A stretch of 30,199 bases of DNA from a virus (taxonomy: Duplodnaviria > Caudoviricetes), in the IMG/VR virus record IMGVR_UViG_3300049854_000037, positions 1 through 30,199 of that record. One strand, given 5' to 3'. The notes under the pieces were generated by a model, which saw only the letters and a list, made by a program, of their open reading frames with translations, was not told where the DNA came from and ran no database searches. The position numbers were made by a program, and so were the translations under genes. This document shows, piece after piece, positions 15,565-23,552 of the stretch; position 1 is the stretch's first letter; each line of letters starts with the position of its first letter.

Positions 15565-16445
15565 TGCTTAACCTCGTTCGGCTCTGCACATCTCAAATCT
15601 TTAAGGTTTACTATTGTTATATCATCGCCCCAACCTGCGTTCGGTTCGTTAGTCTCAACAAATTCTATCTTAACATCATCCGTTGACCTCGGCCCTTTGA
15701 GGACGTTGTATATTCTTCGCCATAGTTCACTTTTGCTGACGTTGCATTTAAGACGATTATCGCCGCCTCGTTCAATTACCGCTCCATCAATATCCATACT
15801 ACCCGGCTTCAAATCATCTAAAGATACCACCACACAACTTCCGGTAGTGGTATAATCGTTGAAGTCTGGGCTGTAGCTATCCCGAATTAGTGTTTCTGTC
15901 AATACCAAAGAATTCGGCTCTTTCGGCTCTTGATGAAGCGTTCCAACGTCCTCTACCTTCCCTGTTGTTCTGATTTCTAAATTTGACTCGACTACACCTT
16001 GAACAATTTTCGGTTCGACAATTTCTAACGAGCTGTCCGTTATTTTCCACAACCTGCCACAACCGGCACAAGTAACAAGCTCATCTCGATGACTTGAATA
16101 GTATCCTGCCAAATATATTTGATTGCCACAAATGCAGGTGAAATCTGATAGCGGTTCGTTCGGCTCGGCAAATTCGCAATCCTTAATCTCGATGCCACCT
16201 TCTGCCGCCATGAGGTAAATCGTACCATCGGGTGCATTGGATTCAATTTCAATATTTGGTTCTACATAACCTGGTTCAATGGATTGCCGCCAGAGAGTGC
16301 CCCATGGCGTTATATCGATAGGTTCGTCAGTCTGAAAGTCATCGATAATTAATGTCACCAATGCCACACAAATTACCATTGCCAAAAGGCAGACAAATGG
16401 GTTTGCGAATAATGCCGTTATTGCTTTTGATGTTTTCATGGTCAT
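15561..16445 (-). CDS. Membrane-anchored acidic protein with a Zn-ribbon-like motif
   Basis: N-terminal TM (FVCLLAMVICVALVTLII), CICG...CAGCG, and recurrent EPN motifs. Confidence 0.7.
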   Translation of the reverse strand: MTMKTSKAITALFANPFVCLLAMVICVALVTLIIDDFQTDEPIDITPWGTLWRQSIEPGYVEPNIEIESNAPDGTIYLMAAEGGIEIKDCEFAEPNEPLSDFTCICGNQIYLAGYYSSHRDELVTCAGCGRLWKITDSSLEIVEPKIVQGVVESNLEIRTTGKVEDVGTLHQEPKEPNSLVLTETLIRDSYSPDFNDYTTTGSCVVVSLDDLKPGSMDIDGAVIERGGDNRLKCNVSKSELWRRIYNVLKGPRSTDDVKIEFVETNEPNAGWGDDITIVNLKDLRCAEPNEVKQ

Positions 16446-16461
16446 TCCTTAACCTCTACCT

Positions 16462-16578
16462 TCAAAACCATCCGAAAATTGTTATCGTAATTGCCCCGCC
16501 GATTAACAGGCCATAATACAAAAAGCTAATCACAATATTGATAATATTACCGATTAAGTTTCCTAAAAAATTTTCCAT
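16462..16578 (-). CDS. 38-aa membrane peptide
   Basis: MENFLGNLIGNIINIVISFLYYGLLIGGAITITIFGWF*, with a GAGG RBS before the ATG at 16578. Confidence 0.55.
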   Translation of the reverse strand: MENFLGNLIGNIINIVISFLYYGLLIGGAITITIFGWF

Positions 16579-16589
16579 TTGTTTAACCT

Positions 16590-16694
16590 CTACCTTACAA
16601 ACCTCACTCCCTTGGCTATCTTCACAATGATAGCCACTAAGACTATCGCCGCCAAGAACCATTCCAAAAGAGTCTCCTTTGTCTCGTCGGTCAT
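16590..16694 (-). CDS. 34-aa single-TM peptide
   Basis: Not in the ORF track. AAGGAG RBS, MTDETKETLLEWFLAAIVLVAIIVKIAKGVRFVR*. Confidence 0.6.
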   Translation of the reverse strand: MTDETKETLLEWFLAAIVLVAIIVKIAKGVRFVR

Positions 16695-16734
16695 TTTCGT
16701 AACTCCTTAAATAACTGTTAGTATTTCATTGCCA

Positions 16735-16929
16735 TTACCCTATTGTCTTCATGTGTCTTCTTTTTTGACCCGTCGAACGATTGTCACGATAAGCCTGCAA
16801 CTGAATCTTACCATCATGCAACCTGAAATTTATCCTGTGAACCAGACCACAATCACAACAGGCCATTTTATACCCACGCCTTACGGGTTGTACCCATTGA
16901 CCACTCTGTACCTTTGGGTAATTTGCCAT
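16735..16929 (-). CDS. Small phage protein with a CCDCGLVH metal-binding motif
   Basis: 64 aa, GAGG RBS, motif W..P.R.GYKMACCDCGLVH. Confidence 0.7.
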   Translation of the reverse strand: MANYPKVQSGQWVQPVRRGYKMACCDCGLVHRINFRLHDGKIQLQAYRDNRSTGQKRRHMKTIG

Positions 16930-16989
16930 TATTCGACTACCTCATCCCCTGTATCCGTGTGCATAAGCAGCCTTGTCAAATCCTCTATT

Positions 16990-17250
16990 CTACCCAAACA
17001 GGTTCTCAGTCTTCTTGTAATCGCCGAGCTTGCCGCCCTGGGCGAGACTCAATACGCCCAAATCCTCTTCGCGCTGCGCCGTGCCGAATGTCGAATTTTT
17101 CTTCTTCTTCAACTCATCGGTATAGTCGCTCTCTATAGCAGCCGGAGGCAGTACGGGAGCCGGTTTTGGCGCCTGCTGACTCTTCCTGTATGTCTCATAG
17201 CCGCCGTAAGCCGCTAAACCCAGCATAGCCGCTGTCGCCAAGAATCCCAT
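16990..17250 (-). CDS. Small putative virion protein (pre-portal gene type)
   Basis: Hydrophobic G/A-rich N-terminus, PKPAPVLPP, KKKK, ending LFG. This layout is typical of the small gene preceding podovirus portals. Confidence 0.6.
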   Translation of the reverse strand: MGFLATAAMLGLAAYGGYETYRKSQQAPKPAPVLPPAAIESDYTDELKKKKNSTFGTAQREEDLGVLSLAQGGKLGDYKKTENLFG

Positions 17251-17251
17251 G

Positions 17252-17716
17252 TCATAACCTCTTTATAAACGAACTCTCAAAAGGCTCAAAACCCAAATGC
17301 CCGTACAATCGGCATACATGCTCGTACCTGTCGCCTGCCAAACGGCTCGCGGTAACGTGAAAATGCTGACAATCATTCTCTCTTGCCCATGCCATAGCAG
17401 CATCAAGCAACAGCCTTGCTGATCCCCTGTACTCCGGCAAAACATACCAGAAATGCTCGGACGCCATATTATCCCTGCCTATAGGACTCTCGTAAATCAG
17501 GCATCCCATATACCCGCACGGCTTGTCATTGTCCCGAAGAATGAACACGGCCGCCATGTCGAGCTGAACCATCTTGAGTAAATACACAGAATGACATAAA
17601 ACGTCAAGATTAAAACCGAAATGCTCGGCCTTCTCTTTGCCCTCAAGCTGCCACGCCTCGAACACATTGGACAGGGCGTTTATATCATCTTCGGTTTTGC
17701 ATCGCGTTACGTTCAT
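17252..17716 (-). CDS. GNAT-family acetyltransferase
   Basis: ASEHFWYVLPEYRG.ARLLL.AA..WA...C and LY..LGF motifs, located after TerL. Confidence 0.8.
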   Translation of the reverse strand: MNVTRCKTEDDINALSNVFEAWQLEGKEKAEHFGFNLDVLCHSVYLLKMVQLDMAAVFILRDNDKPCGYMGCLIYESPIGRDNMASEHFWYVLPEYRGSARLLLDAAMAWARENDCQHFHVTASRLAGDRYEHVCRLYGHLGFEPFESSFIKRL

Positions 17717-17728
17717 TACCCGACTACC

Positions 17729-19156
17729 TCAATAAGCCGCCTTAACCCTGCCGAAATCCAACAGGCTCTTGTCGTCACCCCATACGGACGGGGCAGTAAT
17801 ACTGCCGGGTATGGCAGGCTCATACAGGCCAATGCGTTCGCCTTGCACCTTCAAATGGAACTTATACCCAACTACGAGATACCTGAAAGCATCGGCACCA
17901 TGGCTCGACCAATCATGGTCAGGTTCGTCTGAATACGTTTCCTGCTTGTCCTTGTAAACCTTATGATAGTTCTCAAGGCAGTCTATGCCTTTCTCACAAT
18001 TAACCTTATCGAACCATATCTTCCTGTCGGCCTGGAGCATGATTCGCGTATGTTCTATGCCCGCCTCGCGACTGTGTGGGGCAATAACTGAGACCTTGCC
18101 GAATATACTGCCCGTCTCAGGGTCCACGTTCTGTAACAGCGACTGGGCAACCTGTAACACAGACTTAATAGAGCCATCTTCCTGAAATTGTCTCTTATTC
18201 ACATCAGGAGGAAAGAAATGCTGTGAGTAACGATATGGTTTATCCCTTAGAACTTTTGCATAGTGCGACATGCCTTCACCGTAGGTCTCATAGTAGTCAA
18301 TGACGAGGATTACCTTCTGAATCACCTGGAAGAACCATATCGCCGTACAATCGCCAATGCCTACATCCCACGCCGTATAGACTGGGGCCTCGACGATATG
18401 AGGAACATTGCCGACTTGACCACTTGCCCATAGTTTAGTCATTGACCGGCCGTAATATGAACCCTCGGCACCAATATCGAACGAGCAGTAATACTCCTGT
18501 TGTATAAGTTCTTCGCTCATGCCGGACAATCTGTCATCCTCAATAGCCTCGTAACTTATGGCGTGCGTGTCATTTACGCTTAAAGTCTGGCAATACCAGT
18601 CTGGATTCTCGGCAGCCATACGCCAGAGCCTATAAGCGTGGTTCTTGCCCCTGGGCGTGAAATTGAAGACGGCCCAACCTTGATTCTCAGCCAATATCGG
18701 CCTGACAAGGTCCCATCCGCCGTGCGGATTCTGCCTTGAATACTCACTGAACACACAGCCTAATGGATTGACACCAATAGGCTCTCGCTTGTCTGTTCCA
18801 CGAATCTTGAATATTGAGCCATTTTTAAGTTCAATCATCATCTCTGTGTCATTCTTGCGGGCAATCAGTTCAGTTGGGAAGTGGTCCGTAAACTTCATAG
18901 ACGCCCGGTCCATGCCCTGCCAGAGTATATCACGACCCATTGAAGCTGTCGGGAAGTAGTAGTAATACGCACCAATACGCTCTAACATTCGGGGTATTAA
19001 GAAGTTAAGGAATGTCTTATCTTTACCGGCCCTCCTGTGCCATACACATACAGCCCTCTTCTTGCCCTCAGTCTCCATAGCGTGCAGGAATGGAACCTGA
19101 TACTCTCTGGGCTCGTAGTTGTAAGGCAAGCGAATTCTTAATTCATCACCTTCCAT
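17729..19156 (-). CDS. terL: Terminase large subunit
   Basis: PREYQ Q-motif, Walker A HRRAGKD, CVFSEY (Walker B), FNFTPRG, and nuclease motifs AWDVG..D and HDWSSHGADAFRY. Confidence 0.95.
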   Translation of the reverse strand: MEGDELRIRLPYNYEPREYQVPFLHAMETEGKKRAVCVWHRRAGKDKTFLNFLIPRMLERIGAYYYYFPTASMGRDILWQGMDRASMKFTDHFPTELIARKNDTEMMIELKNGSIFKIRGTDKREPIGVNPLGCVFSEYSRQNPHGGWDLVRPILAENQGWAVFNFTPRGKNHAYRLWRMAAENPDWYCQTLSVNDTHAISYEAIEDDRLSGMSEELIQQEYYCSFDIGAEGSYYGRSMTKLWASGQVGNVPHIVEAPVYTAWDVGIGDCTAIWFFQVIQKVILVIDYYETYGEGMSHYAKVLRDKPYRYSQHFFPPDVNKRQFQEDGSIKSVLQVAQSLLQNVDPETGSIFGKVSVIAPHSREAGIEHTRIMLQADRKIWFDKVNCEKGIDCLENYHKVYKDKQETYSDEPDHDWSSHGADAFRYLVVGYKFHLKVQGERIGLYEPAIPGSITAPSVWGDDKSLLDFGRVKAAY

Positions 19157-19500
19157 TAGTTCTTCACGATTTCCACCACTATCTTACCTTGATGTTTTAA
19201 CTCCTGCTTGTCGGCTTGGTCAAGCTCATTCTTGCCCAAGAATATAGCCATCGCTGGCACTTTTACAGCCTGTTTATTCTGGATTCCCCTCAACCATACC
19301 TTCCGTTCTGCCCTTTTTTTGGTTAATCTTTTACGAATATCTTTACGAGTTTCAAGCCAGCTCGTTGGCCAATCGAGTAAATCACATATAGTGCCATTTT
19401 GATGACCTTCAAAAGCATAACCTTCAGCTTGAGCCATATCTTCAGGGCTAATTTCCTTCTTTGGTTTACCTGGTCCTCGCTTTGCTTTTGCTCTGCTCAT
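19156..19500 (-). CDS. terS: Terminase small subunit
   Basis: Coupled upstream of TerL. G.PKKEI N-terminus, HTH-like segment, and AMAIFLGKNEL.Q.DK motif. Confidence 0.8.
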   Translation of the reverse strand: MSRAKAKRGPGKPKKEISPEDMAQAEGYAFEGHQNGTICDLLDWPTSWLETRKDIRKRLTKKRAERKVWLRGIQNKQAVKVPAMAIFLGKNELDQADKQELKHQGKIVVEIVKN

Positions 19501-19730
19501 TTTCTCTTAAACAACCTAATCACCCAAGCTATTGGCACAACTACGACAGCGATTATCACCTTGCCGATTGCGTTGACTATTCGCTCGCCTGTGCCGTATT
19601 GTGGATCCTGCTGCACTTTGAAGTTGTCTGAAAGGCACATATAGCAAAATCCACCGGTCGAGCGGTATGTCTCTATGTCGCATCCGCAACCTTTACACTT
19701 CTGAGACACGTTTTGATGCCTACAGGTCAT
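19497..19730 (-). CDS. Small protein with CxxC..CxxC and a C-terminal TM helix
   Basis: CKGC...CYMC and VIIAVVVVPIAWVI-RLFKRK. Confidence 0.65.
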   Translation of the reverse strand: MTCRHQNVSQKCKGCGCDIETYRSTGGFCYMCLSDNFKVQQDPQYGTGERIVNAIGKVIIAVVVVPIAWVIRLFKRK

Positions 19731-19732
19731 TG

Positions 19733-20287
19733 TTAGAACGGTATATAAATACCCATATATGCGTCGAATCGGTTATCAGGCACTACATCAAGAGCACCAA
19801 ATGTATCGTTGTATCGCACCTCAAATCTCAGTGCTGAATTACTGTCGGGCGATGTTTTGACTGCAATGCCGGTCGCTAAACTCATTTCACCGGCATCTTT
19901 GTCAACGATATTGGACGAGAAACTCGTTGCAACATAGGGCCGAATTTCAATATCTTCATTCAATACCGTCAAGAATAGGTCTGGGATAAATGGGATTGCC
20001 GAATTTGGGTCAACAATGTCTCTAAACCAATTCCGTACACCCAATTTTACAACTGAGGGCGGCTCCATGTCTCCTTCGTCGTTCCACCTGGGCCACCAAT
20101 CGACGCCGATAAATGGCTCAAGCCCACCGTTATCACTGCCAAGGTAATAGCCAAGCTCGACCGATATTGAATTGCCCGAATCAACATTAGTTACTTGCTC
20201 GGTCATAACCGAGATCGTCGGCCCTGCGGCCTGTACGGCACTGCACACACACAATGCGATGATGATTGCTACAATTATTCGTTTCAT
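19733..20287 (-). CDS. Putative small outer-membrane beta-barrel protein
   Basis: Signal peptide MKRIIVAIIIALCVCSAVQA|A. Amphipathic strands ISVELGYY, LEPFIGVDW, VKLGVRNWF, IRPYVAT and LRFEVRY. C-terminal YMGIYIPF ends in Phe. Confidence 0.7.
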   Translation of the reverse strand: MKRIIVAIIIALCVCSAVQAAGPTISVMTEQVTNVDSGNSISVELGYYLGSDNGGLEPFIGVDWWPRWNDEGDMEPPSVVKLGVRNWFRDIVDPNSAIPFIPDLFLTVLNEDIEIRPYVATSFSSNIVDKDAGEMSLATGIAVKTSPDSNSALRFEVRYNDTFGALDVVPDNRFDAYMGIYIPF

Positions 20288-20299
20288 GTGATTGCTCCT

Positions 20300-20494
20300 T
20301 TACTTGATAACTAAAATGCTTTTAATGGCCATTACGACAATATCATCCCATTTATTTGGAGAGGCAAGGCATCTTTTCTCCCACTCTAAAACAAAATCAA
20401 CAACTTCTTGTCTCAATTCTGGAGTCATCTTTTTGACGGTTGATTTGATTATGCGTATCGCCAACGGCAGAAATAGTTTTGCTATGATACCCAT
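20300..20494 (-). CDS. 64-aa amphipathic hypothetical protein, first gene of the late cluster
   Basis: Start MGIIAKLF at 20494 with a GAAAGGAA RBS; contains PNKWDD. Confidence 0.65.
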   Translation of the reverse strand: MGIIAKLFLPLAIRIIKSTVKKMTPELRQEVVDFVLEWEKRCLASPNKWDDIVVMAIKSILVIK

Positions 20495-20606
20495 ACTATG
20501 TTTCCTTTCAATTTGATTTCGTCTCCGTAAGAGCGTTAGTGTTGGCCATCGGCATTTTGAGCGCTTAAAAAATATCATAAAATTAAAAATTATTTTTATT
20601 TTTTTA

Positions 20607-20635
20607 TTGACTTCCTATATCTGATGTGTTAGTTT
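20607..20635 (+). promoter_or_regulatory. Sigma70-type promoter for the plus-strand island
   Basis: TTGACT-17 bp-TAGTTT with a TG extension and an AT-rich UP-like tract at 20576-20606. Confidence 0.7.
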
Positions 20636-20642
20636 GTTATTT

Positions 20643-20774
20643 GGCATGACGAAAAACCGAAACAATTTGTTTGAATTCCCTCGCACACTTCAAAGCGCCA
20701 AATCACTAAACATTTGCCCCCCAACGATTCCTTCATCACTCGTCATGCTGTCGGTTTCCGCGGGGGGCTTTTTT
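20643..20774 (+). promoter_or_regulatory. Structured leader/attenuator with a large-loop terminator and a possible 46-aa leader ORF (20646..20786)
   Basis: GCCCCCC(20716-22)/GGGGGGC(20762-68) followed by T6. Loop segments are complementary to the leader 5' end. Confidence 0.6.
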
Positions 20775-20790
20775 AAGAAAGGGTAGGAAA

Positions 20791-21348
20791 ATGGGTATCG
20801 ACGAATCTGGAGAAATGCTTGATAGATATGTTTATGTTAAGCAAGAAAATCCAAAAACAAAAAAGGGCTTTACACATGAACCATCCAATAGTCAGAACAA
20901 AGACTGGTATACACCGCCGGAAGTTTTTGAGCTTTTGAAGTTTCCTGAATTTGACCTTGACCCTGCAAGTCCGGGTAAGTCTAAAGTCAAATGGATACCG
21001 GCAAAAGAACATTACACAGAAAACGGCTTGCTTAAAGAATGGCATGGTCGCGTTTGGCTCAATCCGCCTTATGGTCAAGAAACAGGCGATTGGCTCAACA
21101 AGTTGGCTCTGCATGGCAACGGTATTGCTCTCGTGTTTGCCCGGACAGATACGCTTTGGTTTCATACCATTGCTTGCAAGGCCGATGCGATATGTTTTCT
21201 CAATGGCCGTATTCGGTTCATTGATGAGAATGGCAATCAAGGCGGTTCTTCCGGTTGTGGCTCTATGTTCTTGGCATGGGGCAATGAATGTGCCGATATA
21301 CTTGTTGGCTCAGGCGCTGGCTGGTGTGTCGATAACCGTAAACCATAA
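20791..21348 (+). CDS. Phage DNA N6-adenine methyltransferase (Dam-like family)
   Basis: DWYTPP..F, FDLDPAS, W.G.VWLNPPYG (NPPY catalytic motif), ARTDT.WF and GRIRF. Confidence 0.9.
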   Translation: MGIDESGEMLDRYVYVKQENPKTKKGFTHEPSNSQNKDWYTPPEVFELLKFPEFDLDPASPGKSKVKWIPAKEHYTENGLLKEWHGRVWLNPPYGQETGDWLNKLALHGNGIALVFARTDTLWFHTIACKADAICFLNGRIRFIDENGNQGGSSGCGSMFLAWGNECADILVGSGAGWCVDNRKP

Positions 21349-21364
21349 CTGAAAGGGTAGGAAA

Positions 21365-21628
21365 ATGATAGATGTTAAATATTGCAGAGGTTGTTATTGT
21401 AATTATTACAATTCTCCTTCGACATCTGGCTCATCGGACGGCATGTGTTGGAGTAAAAAATCAGCTAAAATCGTTTGGCGAATATCTGTTGGCATTGACG
21501 AATCGCCTCCATATAAAAATAAGAAAAAAATACGAGTTCCAAATTGTTGGCACGGAGGTGGTAGCAATAGAATACTAATGGTAAAATCAGAATCTATTAC
21601 TAAAGATGGATTTTGGAAACAACTTTAA
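21365..21628 (+). CDS. Cys-rich small hypothetical protein
   Basis: 87 aa, CRGC...CW...P.CW, with the repeated RBS element upstream. Confidence 0.7.
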   Translation: MIDVKYCRGCYCNYYNSPSTSGSSDGMCWSKKSAKIVWRISVGIDESPPYKNKKKIRVPNCWHGGGSNRILMVKSESITKDGFWKQL

Positions 21629-21670
21629 CAGAGTAGGTACAATTTGTACACCCCTTGAAAGAACAGGAAA

Positions 21671-21991
21671 ATGAGCGAAAGTAAACATACGCCGATACCT
21701 TATTTCGTCTCGGTAAATGACGACAATGTAGATATTGTAATCCGGGCTTGTGAGGATCAGGAATACGAGCCTATTATCTGTAATTGCTCAGTCGATTCTG
21801 CAAACCTTGAGGATGAAATGTCCACCGATGCGGCCAATGCCGAGTTCATCGTCCGGGCCTGTAATAGCCATGATGCCCTGCTGGCTGCGTGCAAGGCTGC
21901 CCATACAATGTTGCTCCAAACTAATTGGAACGGGGATGATAGCATGAATATTGTTGGAGCCGCCATCGCTCTGGCTCAGAAAGAAGGTTAA
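21671..21991 (+). CDS. Phage hypothetical protein of the KHTP...ANAEFIVRAC.SHD.LL type
   Basis: 106 aa with a common phage early-gene motif and an AGGA RBS. Confidence 0.75.
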   Translation: MSESKHTPIPYFVSVNDDNVDIVIRACEDQEYEPIICNCSVDSANLEDEMSTDAANAEFIVRACNSHDALLAACKAAHTMLLQTNWNGDDSMNIVGAAIALAQKEG

Positions 21992-21993
21992 TT

Positions 21994-22146
21994 ATGACAA
22001 TTAAAGAACTAATATCAATACTCATGGATATTGACCCAGACTACGAAATTTATGTCAATAATCCTACTGATACGGAAAATTATTTTGTAGATAGAATAGA
22101 AGAAAATCACCAACGAAAACAGGCATTTATTAGAACGGCTGAATGA
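21994..22146 (+). CDS. 50-aa hypothetical protein
   Basis: Not in the ORF track. MTIKELISILMDIDPDYEI...IRTAE*, starting 2 nt after the upstream stop. Confidence 0.6.
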   Translation: MTIKELISILMDIDPDYEIYVNNPTDTENYFVDRIEENHQRKQAFIRTAE

Positions 22147-22193
22147 GAATAACTATGGCCGGGGGTTTCTTTATTGCGCTCGTTTAAGCGAGA

Positions 22194-22220
22194 TTTGAGG
22201 CGTGCCAACCATGCCTCGAA
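22194..22220. terminator. Hairpin between convergent transcription units
   Basis: TTTGAGGCGTG-CCAAC-CATGCCTCGAA with GU pairs. No strong U-tract. Confidence 0.35.
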
Positions 22221-22230
22221 GCGAGATCGT

Positions 22231-22440
22231 TCATTGGGGGACATGTGGCGTAATCCGTTTGGCGATTAAGCAGAGCAAGTCGATAGCTTCGTTCTGATTC
22301 TTGCATTTTTTAACCTTATGCCAGCGACCATCAAATTTATGCGAAACCCAAACCGGTGCATTAGAGTCGTCACGCTGCGTCCTTTTTAGTCTGACGTATA
22401 AATACGGGCTGTTATGATTCAGGTGACGATGTGACATCAA
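22231..22440 (-). CDS. Hypothetical protein
   Basis: 69-aa ORF continuing the minus-strand operon; start uncertain. Confidence 0.45.
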   Translation of the reverse strand: MMSHRHLNHNSPYLYVRLKRTQRDDSNAPVWVSHKFDGRWHKVKKCKNQNEAIDLLCLIAKRITPHVPQ

Positions 22441-22753
22441 CCGTCTCCAGTGCGCAAATCAGGACTTCGAGAATCTCATCAAGGAAAAAATTGCACCTTT
22501 GAAAGAGTGTGTCAATTATCATCGCTGAGAGAATTTCCACTTCTTTCCGAGTCAAAAAGAAAAGGTGAACTGAGTCATATAGATAAAACGTATGTGCCGG
22601 TATTTCTCTTGCAACCTTCTGCACTATGGTTAATCGCCCAATATTATCTCTGTTGCAATTATCAAGAAGGCATTCGCAAAGACTCGATATGTGTGAGCTG
22701 TTCATCCCGATTATGTGTATCAACTTTCTTTTATCCTCTACGATTAGTTTCAT
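22412..22753 (-). CDS. Hypothetical protein
   Basis: 113 aa, GAGGGAG RBS, ATGA overlap. Confidence 0.6.
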   Translation of the reverse strand: MKLIVEDKRKLIHIIGMNSSHISSLCECLLDNCNRDNIGRLTIVQKVAREIPAHTFYLYDSVHLFFLTRKEVEILSAMIIDTLFQRCNFFLDEILEVLICALETVDVTSSPES

Positions 22754-23463
22754 TTCGTTTCTCCCTCAAATAGCGCTCCCTGCCTTGTGTTCTGTTTTAT
22801 TTCTGGGTCAATACCAAAAGTAACTAATTGATTATGCTTTCTGACTCGCTTTCTAAAATCGTATATTTGTTCCGATGTCCATCCAATTGGCTTTACATGA
22901 GGCATCGTCTGTCCATCAAAATAACAATCGGCCACTTTGACTCCCCATACCGCGCACAGATATAATTTCTTTAGGCATTCTTGGTACGATATCTCCCAAT
23001 TACAAATCATAAATATCATTAGACTTTTAGGCTTGTAACCAGATTTGATAAGCATTCCAATTGCTTTTTTAAGTTTGAATTGTAGCTTATATTCAAAGTC
23101 CCACCCGATTCGTATATTTTTGAATCGAGAGGTTTTGAGTGCATCAGATAACTCTTGTGTCATAAAGCGATAATCCACACCACATACAAGTTCATAATAG
23201 ACCACTTTTTTATTTACTCGTTTCTTTCCTAATTCTTGGATAATGCTTAATGGCCCGGGCTTGGACAAAAGATTCATGTCCATTATCTTTACATCATTTC
23301 GTATAATATCAGGAATATCGTACATAATTTCTTTTTTGGGTTCATAGCAATAGGGGCATCCATTCGGACAACCTTCAGATAAGCGAATCCATTGTTCTTT
23401 ATCATCAAACTTGTTATAAGGCCCAACGGAGAATGAACAAGTTATGCCTGTTTTCTTTATCAT
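22750..23463 (-). CDS. Radical SAM superfamily protein
   Basis: IRLSEGCPNGCPYC gives the CxxxCxxC motif; also DMNLL, GVDYRF and RIGWD. AAGGAG RBS. Confidence 0.8.
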   Translation of the reverse strand: MIKKTGITCSFSVGPYNKFDDKEQWIRLSEGCPNGCPYCYEPKKEIMYDIPDIIRNDVKIMDMNLLSKPGPLSIIQELGKKRVNKKVVYYELVCGVDYRFMTQELSDALKTSRFKNIRIGWDFEYKLQFKLKKAIGMLIKSGYKPKSLMIFMICNWEISYQECLKKLYLCAVWGVKVADCYFDGQTMPHVKPIGWTSEQIYDFRKRVRKHNQLVTFGIDPEIKQNTRQGALFEGETK

Positions 23464-23552
23464 TGGAATAACGCTCCTTGCCCGGCCCTTATTTCATTCT
23501 CGAAGTTCATTCGGCCTCTCGAAATATTGAAATCAAAGGCTCACGAAGGCGC

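Noticed and set aside
16950-16979. Perfect TTGACA on the minus strand upstream of the accessory insert
   Set aside because: No convincing -10 hexamer at 16-18 bp spacing.
20951-21352. Second same-strand frame (133 aa) inside the Dam-like gene
   Set aside because: TTG start without an RBS and no motif. The Dam frame already has all expected motifs.
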